A stretch of 64,000 nt of DNA, from the IMG/VR virus record IMGVR_UViG_3300049489_001303, positions 96,001 through 160,000 of that record, one strand, 5' to 3'. Positions 18,501 to 33,932 of the stretch are shown here, in pieces; position 1 is the first letter of the stretch; each line of letters begins with the position of its first letter. Under the pieces are notes generated by a model. The model was not told the origin of the DNA. It did no database searches and saw only the letters and a program-made list of their open reading frames with translations. Source of the stretch: a virus. The position numbers and the translations under genes are program-made.

Positions 18501-18686
18501 CACTTGGATGCGATCTTCAGCCCCCAGGCGACGCAATAACCTGTGTGGTGTGACTGTCAACGTTGCCGTGGGAACTTGCCAGACGCCGAAGGACGTGGAC
18601 ACGTTCTCAACGGGGATCTCCAGGCCATTGATATAAACCAGCCAGGCGCCCAAATGAAAGTCGCTGCTGCTGTAGTTAGTTGCCAT
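15510..18686 (-). CDS. Baseplate hub-like protein with an inserted M15-family peptidase domain
   Basis: Likely start MATNYSS at 18686. Hub-like MAFNPYVLPGFPG..YITGVSHNL; M15 motifs IVSGYR, H-x6-D (LHSGAIALD) and GVGYY..THVDIRG. Confidence 0.75.
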   Translation of the reverse strand: MATNYSSSDFHLGAWLVYINGLEIPVENVSTSFGVWQVPTATLTVTPHRLLRRLGAEDRIQVVVFYLDYHWDEQPTLRLMGEYEIVGISYQNNPRGRSMQLNCLGQAAIFRQLQFFYISSVDDMVQALSAVGNSDASYFTEPKVLYPASLFYEGLTKPDGNSVGNPIKRPIEFVLNVFRALLSEISTSNTDVPEVVAGDNNSISNFEVKLPKTAASVPGRNFFGRWLLMTGFYKRWAGFPGIDDSPSNYDNGGCFPLIKAAQEMKILEVLQTRVGESVGNSGSAWDLLQAVLGYMYMEVLAVPAPPAVQLNKDTHMADGLVGAKADANTTIASHYVKPSLYFALPPVCNVFFPSQITDWGYSENYNGQPTRLYLNENSVTKTILFGESDEAASSAALISAVLVTGYPVPVRKRMKQLLTGGVESSKNMLLFPEEFFIGPTSAQASAPEWMFVLAQDLKSTGNVESPQTSDGPLSQIFEDYAQYEYYRRRYCERSGTVNMAFNPYVLPGFPGVIFDKDESGMDIFMYITGVSHNLNAQGSMTTTVSFSFSRSLEEFAGVTGATTAQVQADSAQGGGGGRLITMTIPPTKTAGKQGEAAKAATKAPKPGKKTIIRGKGKKLEWPGNDWASWTQEQKDTWNTLCRADRPGALPMNPATINIIETVAQGFPGKAINIVSGYRFAATENTKGYYENGAPKGGLHSGAIALDFKVEGVSQEELWLFCLDAFPTGHGVGYYPYGGGSTHVDIRGANNGKMSARTQRWVHLDPPNVAHTEAMNDTDNLEMWKKQAEAGLKPTSVSTGTGGDPETAAVRQVIEDSGDNDADFTGVSNTPTSEPQEYQVRIPIKKADMYPIEVIPDITLAFQYLTAAQTNYAKFLYGDANSTKPAVFNWRELLIASDDSGKDIELTGDLSKLTNNSFLKATAKLAPLYENYEMAMRFAARPACSLQDYISIWHGGDAAKAESVRGAKEMRFYSEAGDSKGSQGAVYWSRIYKLLQGPGNTPDPAYSNVGPAEEYPPVKEFKKAGPETGMAQTRDNWDDRLEQYRKIVLSVAGYKYPQG

Positions 18687-19176
18687 TGTTGTCCATCTCC
18701 ATGTACGCTGCCAGAAGCACAACCGCCGACATGCCTGCTACACGGAGAACTGGACTGTTAGACTCGAGAGCAGCCAGGAGCAGAGTTACCTGAGAGGTCG
18801 GCAGATTGTATCCGGCGAAGGCTCTCGCTGCATTCTGGAAAAAGGGCATATCCGAAAGGAGGTCATCCGCGATCGCCTTGCTGTTCCGCTTCTCACATAT
18901 TGGAACCTGTAAGGCTTTACGGCGGGGCAGTAATCGGAGAAATATGGGTGAAATATTGGAGTCGAGCACTCTCAGAATGGTCTCACGGGTACTTACCGCC
19001 GGGGTTGTGGTATTCACCACCGTCTTCAGGAACTTAACCCGGAGAGCCTCAAAAGCTTCCATATACTGGAAGCTCCTCGACATCACCACCTCAACGTCGA
19101 TCATGGGACCGCGGTGGCACCCCCTGAAGGTTGTCGAGGTTCTGTCCCCGGTGTTGAATCTCCAAGTAAACGCCAT
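18676..19176 (-). CDS. Hypothetical protein
   Basis: The ATG at 19176 lies 2 nt after the upstream stop; the ORF overlaps the hub gene start. Confidence 0.65.
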   Translation of the reverse strand: MAFTWRFNTGDRTSTTFRGCHRGPMIDVEVVMSRSFQYMEAFEALRVKFLKTVVNTTTPAVSTRETILRVLDSNISPIFLRLLPRRKALQVPICEKRNSKAIADDLLSDMPFFQNAARAFAGYNLPTSQVTLLLAALESNSPVLRVAGMSAVVLLAAYMEMDNNGN

Positions 19177-19178
19177 GG

Positions 19179-19583
19179 CTACGGCCACTCCACTACGGCT
19201 GTTTTGGTTGCTTCGTTTCCGAACTCATCGAGCTGTGACACCCCGACAACGATCGTGCTGTTGCGGCGCCAGGCCTGGCTCTTACGTATCTTTATCCACA
19301 TGCGCTGACCGTCATAGGGCCGAACAACGATGCTGTAGGGGGAATCATGTGCTGGGAGGTACGTAGCACCCGCATCCTCGCTGATGGTTGTGCTATTTGC
19401 CAAGTCATCGGGGGAAAGTGTGCTGCTATAGCAGTAAATGTAGAACTCAATCCAGCTATCCAACAGCACATTGATAGCACCGTCCACAGGCGATGACAAC
19501 TGGAAACGCGGCTCTATATTGCTGGAAGGTGCACCATTCTGGTGACGCCCCCAGGCCAGATTACCAAAGCCGCCCGTTGTCAT
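19179..19583 (-). CDS. Ig-like (SbsA/Big_5-type) virion protein
   Basis: PRFQLSSPVDGAINVLLDSWIEF resembles the start of Big_5 Ig domains. Confidence 0.55.
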   Translation of the reverse strand: MTTGGFGNLAWGRHQNGAPSSNIEPRFQLSSPVDGAINVLLDSWIEFYIYCYSSTLSPDDLANSTTISEDAGATYLPAHDSPYSIVVRPYDGQRMWIKIRKSQAWRRNSTIVVGVSQLDEFGNEATKTAVVEWP

Positions 19584-19601
19584 GTAGAAACCTCCAGAGC
19601 C

Positions 19602-20099
19602 TCAACAGAGTTTACACTCCAATAATACTACAATTTCCTTCGCGTTGAGGATACCATCGCACCAATCAGGCTCGATGGGGGTAAGTTCGGCTTCGATTTC
19701 TTGCTCCATCGCCTCTGGGAGGGTACGCATCCGCTCATTCTCAGCACTGATAGCCTCTGCATATTCCGTGATGAGAGGCTGAAGGTCCGCAGTATAGGCT
19801 TCGGTGTCGGCCAGGTCATAGCGGAGCGCCTGCCCTTGAGGGGTATTAATAACCTCTGTGATGGCTTGCCCCCTGTCATCGCGCTTGGCATGCTTCTCAA
19901 GGAGCTCAGCCTGCTTCTTACCGTATTCCACATAAGCAGATACACTGGTGTTTACTTTGTCAACAGCCTCGGCGAGGGGCTTGAGGGCGATCAGATTGCG
20001 GGCTACCTTGAACGCCGAACCAGCCGCGGGAACATCCCCGAGCTTCTGCATGACCTGAACCAAAGCCTTGACCTGTGAGTATTTGATATTGATTTTCAT
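19602..20099 (-). CDS. Helical hypothetical protein, possible fibre chaperone
   Basis: AGGAG RBS before ATG 20099 (MKINIK); FKVARNLIALKP pattern; located at the end of the fibre cluster. Confidence 0.6.
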   Translation of the reverse strand: MKINIKYSQVKALVQVMQKLGDVPAAGSAFKVARNLIALKPLAEAVDKVNTSVSAYVEYGKKQAELLEKHAKRDDRGQAITEVINTPQGQALRYDLADTEAYTADLQPLITEYAEAISAENERMRTLPEAMEQEIEAELTPIEPDWCDGILNAKEIVVLLECKLC

Positions 20100-20157
20100 T
20101 GAAATCTCCTGTTGTTGGTGGGAGGAATGTAACACGAGGCAGGAGCGTAATCAAGAC

Positions 20158-20436
20158 TTAAGCGTGGAAATCAACCCGAATCTTTCCGGGGAACGTCTGA
20201 GCCCACACATAGATGTTCACGGGGGTGGGGTAATCGACGTTGTGTGTCGGGTAGTCCCAGACAATACCGGTCTCTACGCCGGTCTCCGGCGGATCGCTTT
20301 CGGGAGTCCGATACGTCCAGTAATACTGCGGAGCATTTGTGACGCGGGGGCGGAGGTGGAGTTGCCCTTGCTTGATGCCTTCTGCGACGCGCACCCACTG
20401 CTCTTGAGGGATTTCTACAATTTCAGGGTTCTTCAT
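20158..20436 (-). CDS. Small virion-region protein, paralog of 20446-20877
   Basis: NPEIVEIPQEQWVRVAEGIKQGQLH vs NPVYVTCPKDTWTKVAAGVKSGTLH. Confidence 0.75.
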   Translation of the reverse strand: MKNPEIVEIPQEQWVRVAEGIKQGQLHLRPRVTNAPQYYWTYRTPESDPPETGVETGIVWDYPTHNVDYPTPVNIYVWAQTFPGKIRVDFHA

Positions 20437-20445
20437 TTTGATTCC

Positions 20446-20877
20446 TTAAACCATGTCCACAAGGACACGTCCATCGAAAGGTGTAGAATACACCCAGATG
20501 TCTGATGCCTCATTCACATTCAGGCTGTTGTTTTTGTCCAGGTACACCCGCTCGTTGTCCACACCGTCGGTCATGTTGATGTGTGGGACCGTAAACGTGT
20601 CGAGGAACAGCACCTTACCCGCCAACACCGCTGCGTTTCTGTCTGCAGAGATGTCTGGATTCACCAGGTCCGCGGGGGAGGGGAGGCGGTTCCAGGTGTC
20701 ATCCGCCGGAGTGGCACCCAGATTCCATACGTCCTTGGTGCCCGTGTCTACGCGGCACCAGATATACGTCGGAGCAGCCCAGGCTGTTTCTACCGTATGC
20801 AGGGTTCCAGACTTTACACCAGCGGCTACTTTGGTCCAGGTGTCCTTGGGGCATGTTACATAAACGGGATTTGCCAT
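20446..20877 (-). CDS. Small virion-region protein, paralog of 20158-20436
   Basis: Shares N- and C-terminal motifs with its neighbour; GAGGA RBS. Confidence 0.75.
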   Translation of the reverse strand: MANPVYVTCPKDTWTKVAAGVKSGTLHTVETAWAAPTYIWCRVDTGTKDVWNLGATPADDTWNRLPSPADLVNPDISADRNAAVLAGKVLFLDTFTVPHINMTDGVDNERVYLDKNNSLNVNEASDIWVYSTPFDGRVLVDMV

Positions 20878-20886
20878 TTTAATTCC

Positions 20887-23667
20887 TCACTTCGAGTAGA
20901 GAGTGCGGCTTCCCAGCGCGTCAATCTCGTAATGTGTGCCGTAGTTGATCAGGAATACATCCCCGGGGAACGTGTCCTGGCTGCTGCGCGAAAATGACGT
21001 CAGGTTCTCCTGCGAAACACTATTGCTCACGGGCTGGTACCCTGTCAAGTTGCTCCAGTCAGCTGAGTCATCAATGGGAACCAGATAGTGTCCATACGCC
21101 GGGTAGGTCATGGAAGCTGTCCAGGTCACGTCGAACGTATGCGTGTTATTGGTGAACACCCCAGTGCCTACCGGATCCACTTCTGTGGCTCCAATGTAGT
21201 GAATACCCGCCGAATAGATCTCCACGATGAACCTGATAGTCTGCCCAGCTATGATGTCCTGGTTAGTCGTGATATGCACATGTGGATATACCTTGCTCCC
21301 CACCAGCCAATTGTGCTGCATAGGCACATTGAAGCTGGCAGACTGCATGATTCCAGGCTCGAAGGCCAGCAACTGAACGCCTCGGGAAATATCGTTACCT
21401 ACAGGGCCCACCACCCAGCTGGGAGATCCGGCCAATACCAGAGCACTGCCGGTCAGGGTGTTGGCCACAGACGTTCCAGCGCCTTCTTCCATGCGCCAGA
21501 TACCTACCGCGGTGGGGCCCGACGGAATAGTATACGTGCCGTGTCCATCATTGTAGCGGCTCAGAACGTTTGCGGGAGACATCACCGTGGAGTACACCGC
21601 CACGTTCGTGATAGCCGCGTCCGCCGAATACTGCACAGCGCCACCATTGGCAGCAAAACCACCCACCGTGATGGGCGAGTTGAAGTTGAACGTAGCCGCC
21701 GTGAGTGCTGTGGACTTACCGTTCACGTAGAGCAGTGCTGTGTTTCCGGTTGTGGTGAGCACCAGGTGGTTCCAACGATTGAGCGCCAAAGGATAAACTC
21801 CGTTGACTGCCGTGCCACCGTTGAAGCGTACATACGGTATTCTGGAGTTGTCCGGGGTTCCGATCTCAAGCCGCGATGTAGAAGCATTGTTATGCGCTGC
21901 GAAGTATACCTGCTGCCCCCGGATGTTAGTTGGTCGGACCCACAGGTCAATACTGTACGTGCCGCTGGTCAGGGCGTTCGTGAGCGCCGTGTATAGGGCA
22001 ATGGTTCCGTACTTGCTGGTGGCGTTGAAATTAACAGCGTTAAGGGTTGTCCCCGAGGTCTGCAGTACAGTCTTGTAAACCGGGGGGTTAGCCTCATCAG
22101 TGGTCATTCCAGCAGCTGCAACGTAGTAGTCTTCAAATGTAGTGGCCTTACCATGCAACTGCATGGATCCGTCACCCTGCACTTCAAAGTAGTCCGCGCC
22201 CACGCCCACTTTGAGAATAGGATTGCTGTTCGCCGCGGGGGAAATAATCTCGTACAGACCCGTCGCCGGGTTGAACTTGAGACGTGTTGAGGACGTATAC
22301 GGCGTAACCACGCCGTTGATCGTGGTGCTCATTACAGGGTACAGATTCAGGTTGGCCGAGGTGTCTGTACCGGACATCGTTGTGCCTGCGGGGCCTTCAG
22401 CGCCCGTAGCCCCAGTGGGGCCCGTGGCGCCCGTAGCACCAGTGGGGCCGGTAGCTCCTGTCGGGCCGTCCGCGCCGGTGGGGCCAATCAAGCCTTGTGG
22501 GCCAGTGGCTCCTGTGGCGCCTTTCGCCCCCGTAGCACCTGTGGGGCCCTGCGGTCCTGTGATATTGCCCACATCCGTAAAGGTATCCGGCAATGCGGTG
22601 CAGACATAGAGGTGACCGGAGTCCACCACGATGTAACCATCACCGAGGGTGTTACCTTCTGTAGGAAGATTCGCCGCAGTGGCCACGCTGCCTTTGATAA
22701 CAACAGACTGGCCATCCTGGCCCGTTGGGCCAGTGGGACCGTCGGCGCCAGTTTCACCTGTGGGGCCGGTGGGGCCGGTTGCACCAGTTGCACCAGTGGC
22801 GCCGGTGGCGCCGGTTGCACCCGTCGGGCCAGTGGCTCCGGTGGCTCCAGTAGCGCCAACGCCCGTGGCTCCAGTAGCTCCAGTGGGACCTGTGGGACCA
22901 GTGGCTCCCTGAATACCCTGCAACCCTGTATCACCGGTGGGACCTGTGGGGCCGGTGGGGCCTGTTCCACCTGTGGCACCCTTAGCAGCTACCAGTTCCC
23001 AGTAGTTCGTGTCGGTAACGGGGTTTCCCGTTGAGGGTGTAGCAAAAACATAGACGTAAGATGCTCCGTTGAACGTTACAACGTCCACATAGCGGTATTC
23101 GGTGCCGACGTCCCAAACTCCCATGGGCATCCACATAACCCCTGTAGCGCCGGTAGCGCCGGTGGGTCCCGTGTCGCCGCGGATGCCGCTGTCGGCGATT
23201 TCGTTGATGGCGCCGATAACGGAGGTAGCTGTAAACCCCGGGTCGAGACCGGTAACCCCCGGCTCAGTAAAGGGTATAGGGTCCGCAAGATTGCCCATGT
23301 CTGCAGTATGGAACTGTACAACGTCCGCTCTTAAGGAGGTTGTGGCTACGCCGAAGCGTACGTCCGTAGTAACCTCTGCCCAATTGGAATCTGTGCTGGC
23401 GGACAGCCTACAGGATAGCATCAGATCAGCGCTGTCTTCATATATTGTGCAGTCCAGACCTGCATTATTATCCCCGGAGCCTGTTCGCGCCATTACAGTA
23501 GCATACGCGTTACGTACTTCAGCCCCTACAGGGGTTTCTGCGGTATTCTCTGCCAGGAGCAAAGCTTCAACAGCGTCTGTAGTCTCATTGAATTCAGCTA
23601 CAAGCGTGACATCCTGGCTCACACTGATTTCACCACTGAACCCCGTATTATTACCCAAGTTAGCCAT
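20887..23667 (-). CDS. Collagen-like fibre protein with a LamG/concanavalin-like domain
   Basis: Long GPT/GAT triplet runs; [20 protein letters not shown] (CBM-like); [36 protein letters not shown] (LamG). Confidence 0.85.
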   Translation of the reverse strand: MANLGNNTGFSGEISVSQDVTLVAEFNETTDAVEALLLAENTAETPVGAEVRNAYATVMARTGSGDNNAGLDCTIYEDSADLMLSCRLSASTDSNWAEVTTDVRFGVATTSLRADVVQFHTADMGNLADPIPFTEPGVTGLDPGFTATSVIGAINEIADSGIRGDTGPTGATGATGVMWMPMGVWDVGTEYRYVDVVTFNGASYVYVFATPSTGNPVTDTNYWELVAAKGATGGTGPTGPTGPTGDTGLQGIQGATGPTGPTGATGATGVGATGATGATGPTGATGATGATGATGATGPTGPTGETGADGPTGPTGQDGQSVVIKGSVATAANLPTEGNTLGDGYIVVDSGHLYVCTALPDTFTDVGNITGPQGPTGATGAKGATGATGPQGLIGPTGADGPTGATGPTGATGATGPTGATGAEGPAGTTMSGTDTSANLNLYPVMSTTINGVVTPYTSSTRLKFNPATGLYEIISPAANSNPILKVGVGADYFEVQGDGSMQLHGKATTFEDYYVAAAGMTTDEANPPVYKTVLQTSGTTLNAVNFNATSKYGTIALYTALTNALTSGTYSIDLWVRPTNIRGQQVYFAAHNNASTSRLEIGTPDNSRIPYVRFNGGTAVNGVYPLALNRWNHLVLTTTGNTALLYVNGKSTALTAATFNFNSPITVGGFAANGGAVQYSADAAITNVAVYSTVMSPANVLSRYNDGHGTYTIPSGPTAVGIWRMEEGAGTSVANTLTGSALVLAGSPSWVVGPVGNDISRGVQLLAFEPGIMQSASFNVPMQHNWLVGSKVYPHVHITTNQDIIAGQTIRFIVEIYSAGIHYIGATEVDPVGTGVFTNNTHTFDVTWTASMTYPAYGHYLVPIDDSADWSNLTGYQPVSNSVSQENLTSFSRSSQDTFPGDVFLINYGTHYEIDALGSRTLYSK
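22385..22985 (-). repeat. Coding collagen-like (Gly-X-Thr)n repeats, two blocks
   Basis: 9-nt periodicity encoding GPT/GAT/GDT triplets; boundaries approximate. Confidence 0.9.
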
Positions 23668-23722
23668 TGAGGTCTCCTATATCCAAGCAAAGGATCTGCT
23701 TCTATTATACTACAAAACGTTC

Positions 23723-24844
23723 TCAACCTATGTAAGAACGTGCCACGGGGGCCGCGCCGCCGCCTGTGGGTATGTTCTCTACCGTGAAGACTCCGCGGAA
23801 GGCGGGGAGTCCCATGTTGCTTCCCATCCGTTCGTATACCGCGATGCCCTTACCGGGATACAGCACGGTCTCACTCAATGTGTTCTGTCCGAACATTGAA
23901 TACTTCGCGGCGTTCTCGATTGTCTGGTTGAAGGGGATCGCCGCGTCCTGTGCCTGATGGAACCAAGCCACTGAACGAACCAGGGGCTTTGTGACCAAGC
24001 CACCCTGATTAGCGCCGGCGCGGGTTGTGGCAACCGTAGTCATGACTTTTACAGTGGACGGCAATGGAACCGCGCTGTCCATGGGGATCACATCTTCAGC
24101 CCCACCTGTGGTCGGGTCTATGTTATCGATGAATTCAACTTCAAATTTGTTCTGAACCGCAAGTCCAATTTCAATAACCGTGATGCGCTCGATCTCCACA
24201 GGGTATGTCGAGTCGGCGTTGAAGATCGTCCACATCGGAAAGCCTCGGATGACGGACACTTCCGCGCTGCACCAATATGTCAGCGAATTCTGACGAAACC
24301 TGACACCTATACCGTAAGCCATAGGAAAACTGTTACCGGGCATATCCAGGCAGAGGCCTTGATTCTGATTCAGGGTGATCGGCTGAACCTGACCCACTAC
24401 ACCTGCTTGCCGGTCGTAAACTTCCGAGCAACATGGGAACTGCCGTGCGCTTCCCGGCAATGCAACTGTGGCCATTGCCAGTGGTAGACACTGGATACTA
24501 CGGACAAGGCTGTTTGCCGTGAGTGTCACGCTGTCCGGATTCGCGCAGACAGTTACGTTCGTAGGGTCGGCGTTGTTCGAGTCCATCTTCAGCGGGGTAG
24601 CCGGCCGCCCTGACCCCACTGTGACTGCGCTGATGCGCTGCAGTTGGGCGCTGCCGCCGGAAAGACTTGTGCCTGGATGATTTCCAAAAACGTCGATCTG
24701 CTTGATGCGGACGATCTTGCCGGAAGATCCAGTATTGTAGATAGCGAACGCCGCAGAGTTCTGCATAAACCCCAGCACGTTATCAACATTCTGTCCCCAG
24801 ATTGTCTGATACGGCCGGATGTTGAATGCGTAGCTGTCAGCCAT
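23723..24844 (-). CDS. Virion-region beta-sandwich protein
   Basis: 373 aa with an apparent two-domain duplication; similar to 24851-25369. Confidence 0.7.
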   Translation of the reverse strand: MADSYAFNIRPYQTIWGQNVDNVLGFMQNSAAFAIYNTGSSGKIVRIKQIDVFGNHPGTSLSGGSAQLQRISAVTVGSGRPATPLKMDSNNADPTNVTVCANPDSVTLTANSLVRSIQCLPLAMATVALPGSARQFPCCSEVYDRQAGVVGQVQPITLNQNQGLCLDMPGNSFPMAYGIGVRFRQNSLTYWCSAEVSVIRGFPMWTIFNADSTYPVEIERITVIEIGLAVQNKFEVEFIDNIDPTTGGAEDVIPMDSAVPLPSTVKVMTTVATTRAGANQGGLVTKPLVRSVAWFHQAQDAAIPFNQTIENAAKYSMFGQNTLSETVLYPGKGIAVYERMGSNMGLPAFRGVFTVENIPTGGGAAPVARSYIG

Positions 24845-24850
24845 TCGATT

Positions 24851-25369
24851 CTATTCCTTCGTGAACTCAATCCAGGTGTCGAGCAAGCCCACCGCGCCGG
24901 TCGTGTTGTAGACAGCCACCAGCTCATTCTGTCGAAGTGTCAACGGCTGCACGTTGCTGTCGCCGTATCCCGCATCCCAGATGATGTTCAGCGGCACCAT
25001 TGTTTCGAGCTCATCGAGCGTACCTGTCGAGATCGCTGCTTCGTCCGATGACCAGAACACACGGCGAAGAAGTGTCGATGTTCCAGCCAATGTTCCGGCA
25101 TGCGCATACGTTGCAGTAGTAGGTGCGCTGTTCGTGGTGTCATGTGTCACCGGAGTAATCGCCGTGCCAGCCACCGAAAACGAAGCACCCGTGTATCGCC
25201 GCAACTCCAACTGGCACAATACACCCGTCACAGATGCTGTCTGCGCATTAAGCAGCCCTACGCGCCGCACTTTCAGAATTTCAGAAGCATGTGCATTCAG
25301 CACCGCACCCATGTTTTTACCGGCTGCGAACGCGATACCAGAATAATATGCTGTCCATGTCTGTGCCAT
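24851..25369 (-). CDS. Virion-region beta-sandwich protein
   Basis: 172 aa; VQPLTLRQNELVAV vs VQPITLNQNQGLCL in the neighbour. Confidence 0.7.
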   Translation of the reverse strand: MAQTWTAYYSGIAFAAGKNMGAVLNAHASEILKVRRVGLLNAQTASVTGVLCQLELRRYTGASFSVAGTAITPVTHDTTNSAPTTATYAHAGTLAGTSTLLRRVFWSSDEAAISTGTLDELETMVPLNIIWDAGYGDSNVQPLTLRQNELVAVYNTTGAVGLLDTWIEFTKE

Positions 25370-25372
25370 TGT

Positions 25373-25629
25373 TCAGTCCTTTGAATACAGAGTAGTCTCG
25401 TTGCGACCCTCATTTAAAATTGCCTGTTCCACTTTACCTGCCCGCAGATTCTCAATGGCTGTGACCACTCGGTCCTTACGGTCTCCCGGGGGCATGGACG
25501 CTGCCATTTTTCCACGCGCATTCAGGGTGAACTGACAGACCCTCTTGAGCTGGATAGGCTCCAGCATTCGTGGTGTCTGGCAGATCCATACACCCCTGAG
25601 ATCATTATACATCATGCGGATGTCATTCA

Positions 25630-25633
<4 letters not shown>
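25373..25633 (-). CDS. Hypothetical protein
   Basis: 86 aa with an ATGA overlap on the upstream fibre gene. Confidence 0.6.
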
Positions 25634-31769
<6,136 letters not shown>

Positions 31770-31777
31770 CTTGCTAC

Positions 31778-31972
31778 CTACCCCTCCCAAAAAGTACCGT
31801 TCCACCGTTTTACCGGCGCAGACTCCCAGGCTGTGTTCGTGGCGTTCCTTCTCTGTACGTCCACCAACTCCCAGGCTGTGCCCGTCCACCGATAGACTCT
31901 ACCAAGCTTCAAATTGATGTCAAATGAAGTAGTGGTTGGTTGTTCTTTCAGCCATATATCGAAGTCCGCCAT
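31778..31972 (-). CDS. Small Trp-repeat fibre-associated protein
   Basis: 64 aa with RWTGTAW and RWNGTFW; TAATG overlap with the upstream gene. Confidence 0.6.
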   Translation of the reverse strand: MADFDIWLKEQPTTTSFDINLKLGRVYRWTGTAWELVDVQRRNATNTAWESAPVKRWNGTFWEG

Positions 31973-33927
31973 TACTGCCTCGTTGGAGTACCATTGGCAC
32001 TTCTTCCTATCCGTGTTGCACTTTCATACCCTACTGTGTATTTAGCTCTGGGGTCAAATACATACGTTGTATATGGGCCATTACCGGTTCGGGTGGTTGT
32101 TGTGAGACACTCGTCCGTAGTGGCGTCATGATATTTAATGGTGACCGTGCCACCCGCAGATTGGAAAACCTGGCCCATTATCTGGAAGTAGTGGCCGTGG
32201 TAAGACACCCAGTGCTCAAAACTCTTGTACGCCGTGCTGATAGTGTCTGCCTTCCAGTACCTGGCACCCTCTACAGCTAAGCGTTTGCTGTCATAGTCAC
32301 CATCGAATCTATCGAAGAGGTCTGTAGCGTCGGCATACACCGATTTTCTCCCGAGCTCCGGATCTGTGCTCAGAGTGGTTGAAATAATAGTTCTGTAACC
32401 CCCACCAGACCCCTCACCAGCATTCTGGGATACAGCAATGTTGGTGCCGTTCTGGGTTAGAGCGCTTTCGGTTTCCATCAGAACGCCCGCACTGATAATC
32501 CCATAGTAGGTCTCTGGAATATCCAGCAGAGTGGGAGAGCCTATAGCTATGGCGGTCCCGTCAGCGGCTGTTGCGTACGTAAGCTTTTTGATTGTTTTTG
32601 CGTGAACACCTGTGCCGCCAGTGGTAGCTTTATCCGATGTGTAGTTCAGATAAATAATACCGCACACGTTGGTGTACACGGCTAAGGATGCCGAATAGGA
32701 ATCAATGGTTATAGTGATTGCATTATCAGAAATAGAGGCCCCAGCACCTTGTGCGCCGCCAGAATCAAACCTCTGGGTCAATGACACCTGTCCACAAGTC
32801 ACTGACCCGGCATTTGTAGTATACGTTCTATACGCCTGGCTTCCTATCGCACAGGATTGATTAGCTGCAGATACCGCACTGGAATAGATCATAACACCAC
32901 TCTGCACCAGTGTTAAGGACCCCGGTTCACAGAGATTAAAGGATCTACTATACCGGCTTTTATAACCGCTGCTATTGTACAGATTCACGTCTTCAAAATG
33001 CCACGGTATCGCCAATGAATTAATTACTGTAGAAGTAGTGGCTTCAGTGTATTCATAAGTGACAACGAGCACCACACACAGATTATTGTAGCCCGCAACG
33101 CCCGCCATCTTAGCCATAAAAGCATGCGTGCCGTTCGTCGTCATATCACTTCTTGTCCATATCAACGTATCAAAACAAGAAGAGTTATTTGCATTTTCAT
33201 TGGGGCTGAAGGAGAAACCTGGTGTTTCAGCATCTAACGCAACCGTCAGGGTGGTGTCTGTGGTTGCACCTATGGCCTCATTCCCGCTTATCTCAAAAAA
33301 CTTACACCGATACGCAGTGGTGTCCTCAGGCAAAAATGTATCCAGATTGGGTATCTGATTCGTTCCTATCTGCGTGAGTGTGGTGAGTGGAACGGTGTCC
33401 GTATGACTCTCAAGAGGTATACGTACTGTTTTGATTCTTGTTGTAGCACCTGAGGTGTCATCATACGAATAGGTAATGACCAACTTAGCCGAGATATTGG
33501 TTAGTATCACTGGATTTGTTGCTGAGCTGGTAGCAAACTGGAACCCTACTTGTACTGCTTGACTGCTGCCTGTAAATTGTGCCGTGAATCTGGCCGTAAC
33601 GTCTCTTTTCCAGATGTAACTGATCTGCTCACCTGTGTCAGTCATTGTGTCCGTTACTGTTACGTCATCAAAAGCATTGGCACCAAACTTAATACCTATA
33701 AGCCAGCTGGATAGGGATGCTCTTGAAGACGTTGCAGACGAAGCGTCCCTTGCACAGATCTCTACGTAGGCGCTGATAAAAGTTCTGGACGTTGTTTCTG
33801 GGATATAGACGTTTAGCTGGGAGCCACCGTAATTCACAAAGTCATGTCGCGTCGCTGCGGCTAGGGTGTATGCGGGTGACGTTCTAAGATCGAATGCATA
33901 TTCAATTGTGTTTAATCTAGTTGCCAT
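31972..33927 (-). CDS. Virion-region beta-rich protein
   Basis: 651-aa Thr/Ser-rich ORF in the fibre cluster. Confidence 0.7.
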   Translation of the reverse strand: MATRLNTIEYAFDLRTSPAYTLAAATRHDFVNYGGSQLNVYIPETTSRTFISAYVEICARDASSATSSRASLSSWLIGIKFGANAFDDVTVTDTMTDTGEQISYIWKRDVTARFTAQFTGSSQAVQVGFQFATSSATNPVILTNISAKLVITYSYDDTSGATTRIKTVRIPLESHTDTVPLTTLTQIGTNQIPNLDTFLPEDTTAYRCKFFEISGNEAIGATTDTTLTVALDAETPGFSFSPNENANNSSCFDTLIWTRSDMTTNGTHAFMAKMAGVAGYNNLCVVLVVTYEYTEATTSTVINSLAIPWHFEDVNLYNSSGYKSRYSRSFNLCEPGSLTLVQSGVMIYSSAVSAANQSCAIGSQAYRTYTTNAGSVTCGQVSLTQRFDSGGAQGAGASISDNAITITIDSYSASLAVYTNVCGIIYLNYTSDKATTGGTGVHAKTIKKLTYATAADGTAIAIGSPTLLDIPETYYGIISAGVLMETESALTQNGTNIAVSQNAGEGSGGGYRTIISTTLSTDPELGRKSVYADATDLFDRFDGDYDSKRLAVEGARYWKADTISTAYKSFEHWVSYHGHYFQIMGQVFQSAGGTVTIKYHDATTDECLTTTTRTGNGPYTTYVFDPRAKYTVGYESATRIGRSANGTPTRQ

Positions 33928-33932
33928 ATCGT

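Noticed and set aside
7467-18686. Extracellular contractile injection system or tailocin rather than phage
   Set aside because: The surrounding RuvC-like resolvase, dNMP kinase, phage sigma, endolysin and dense small accessory genes fit a phage genome, and no host housekeeping genes are present.
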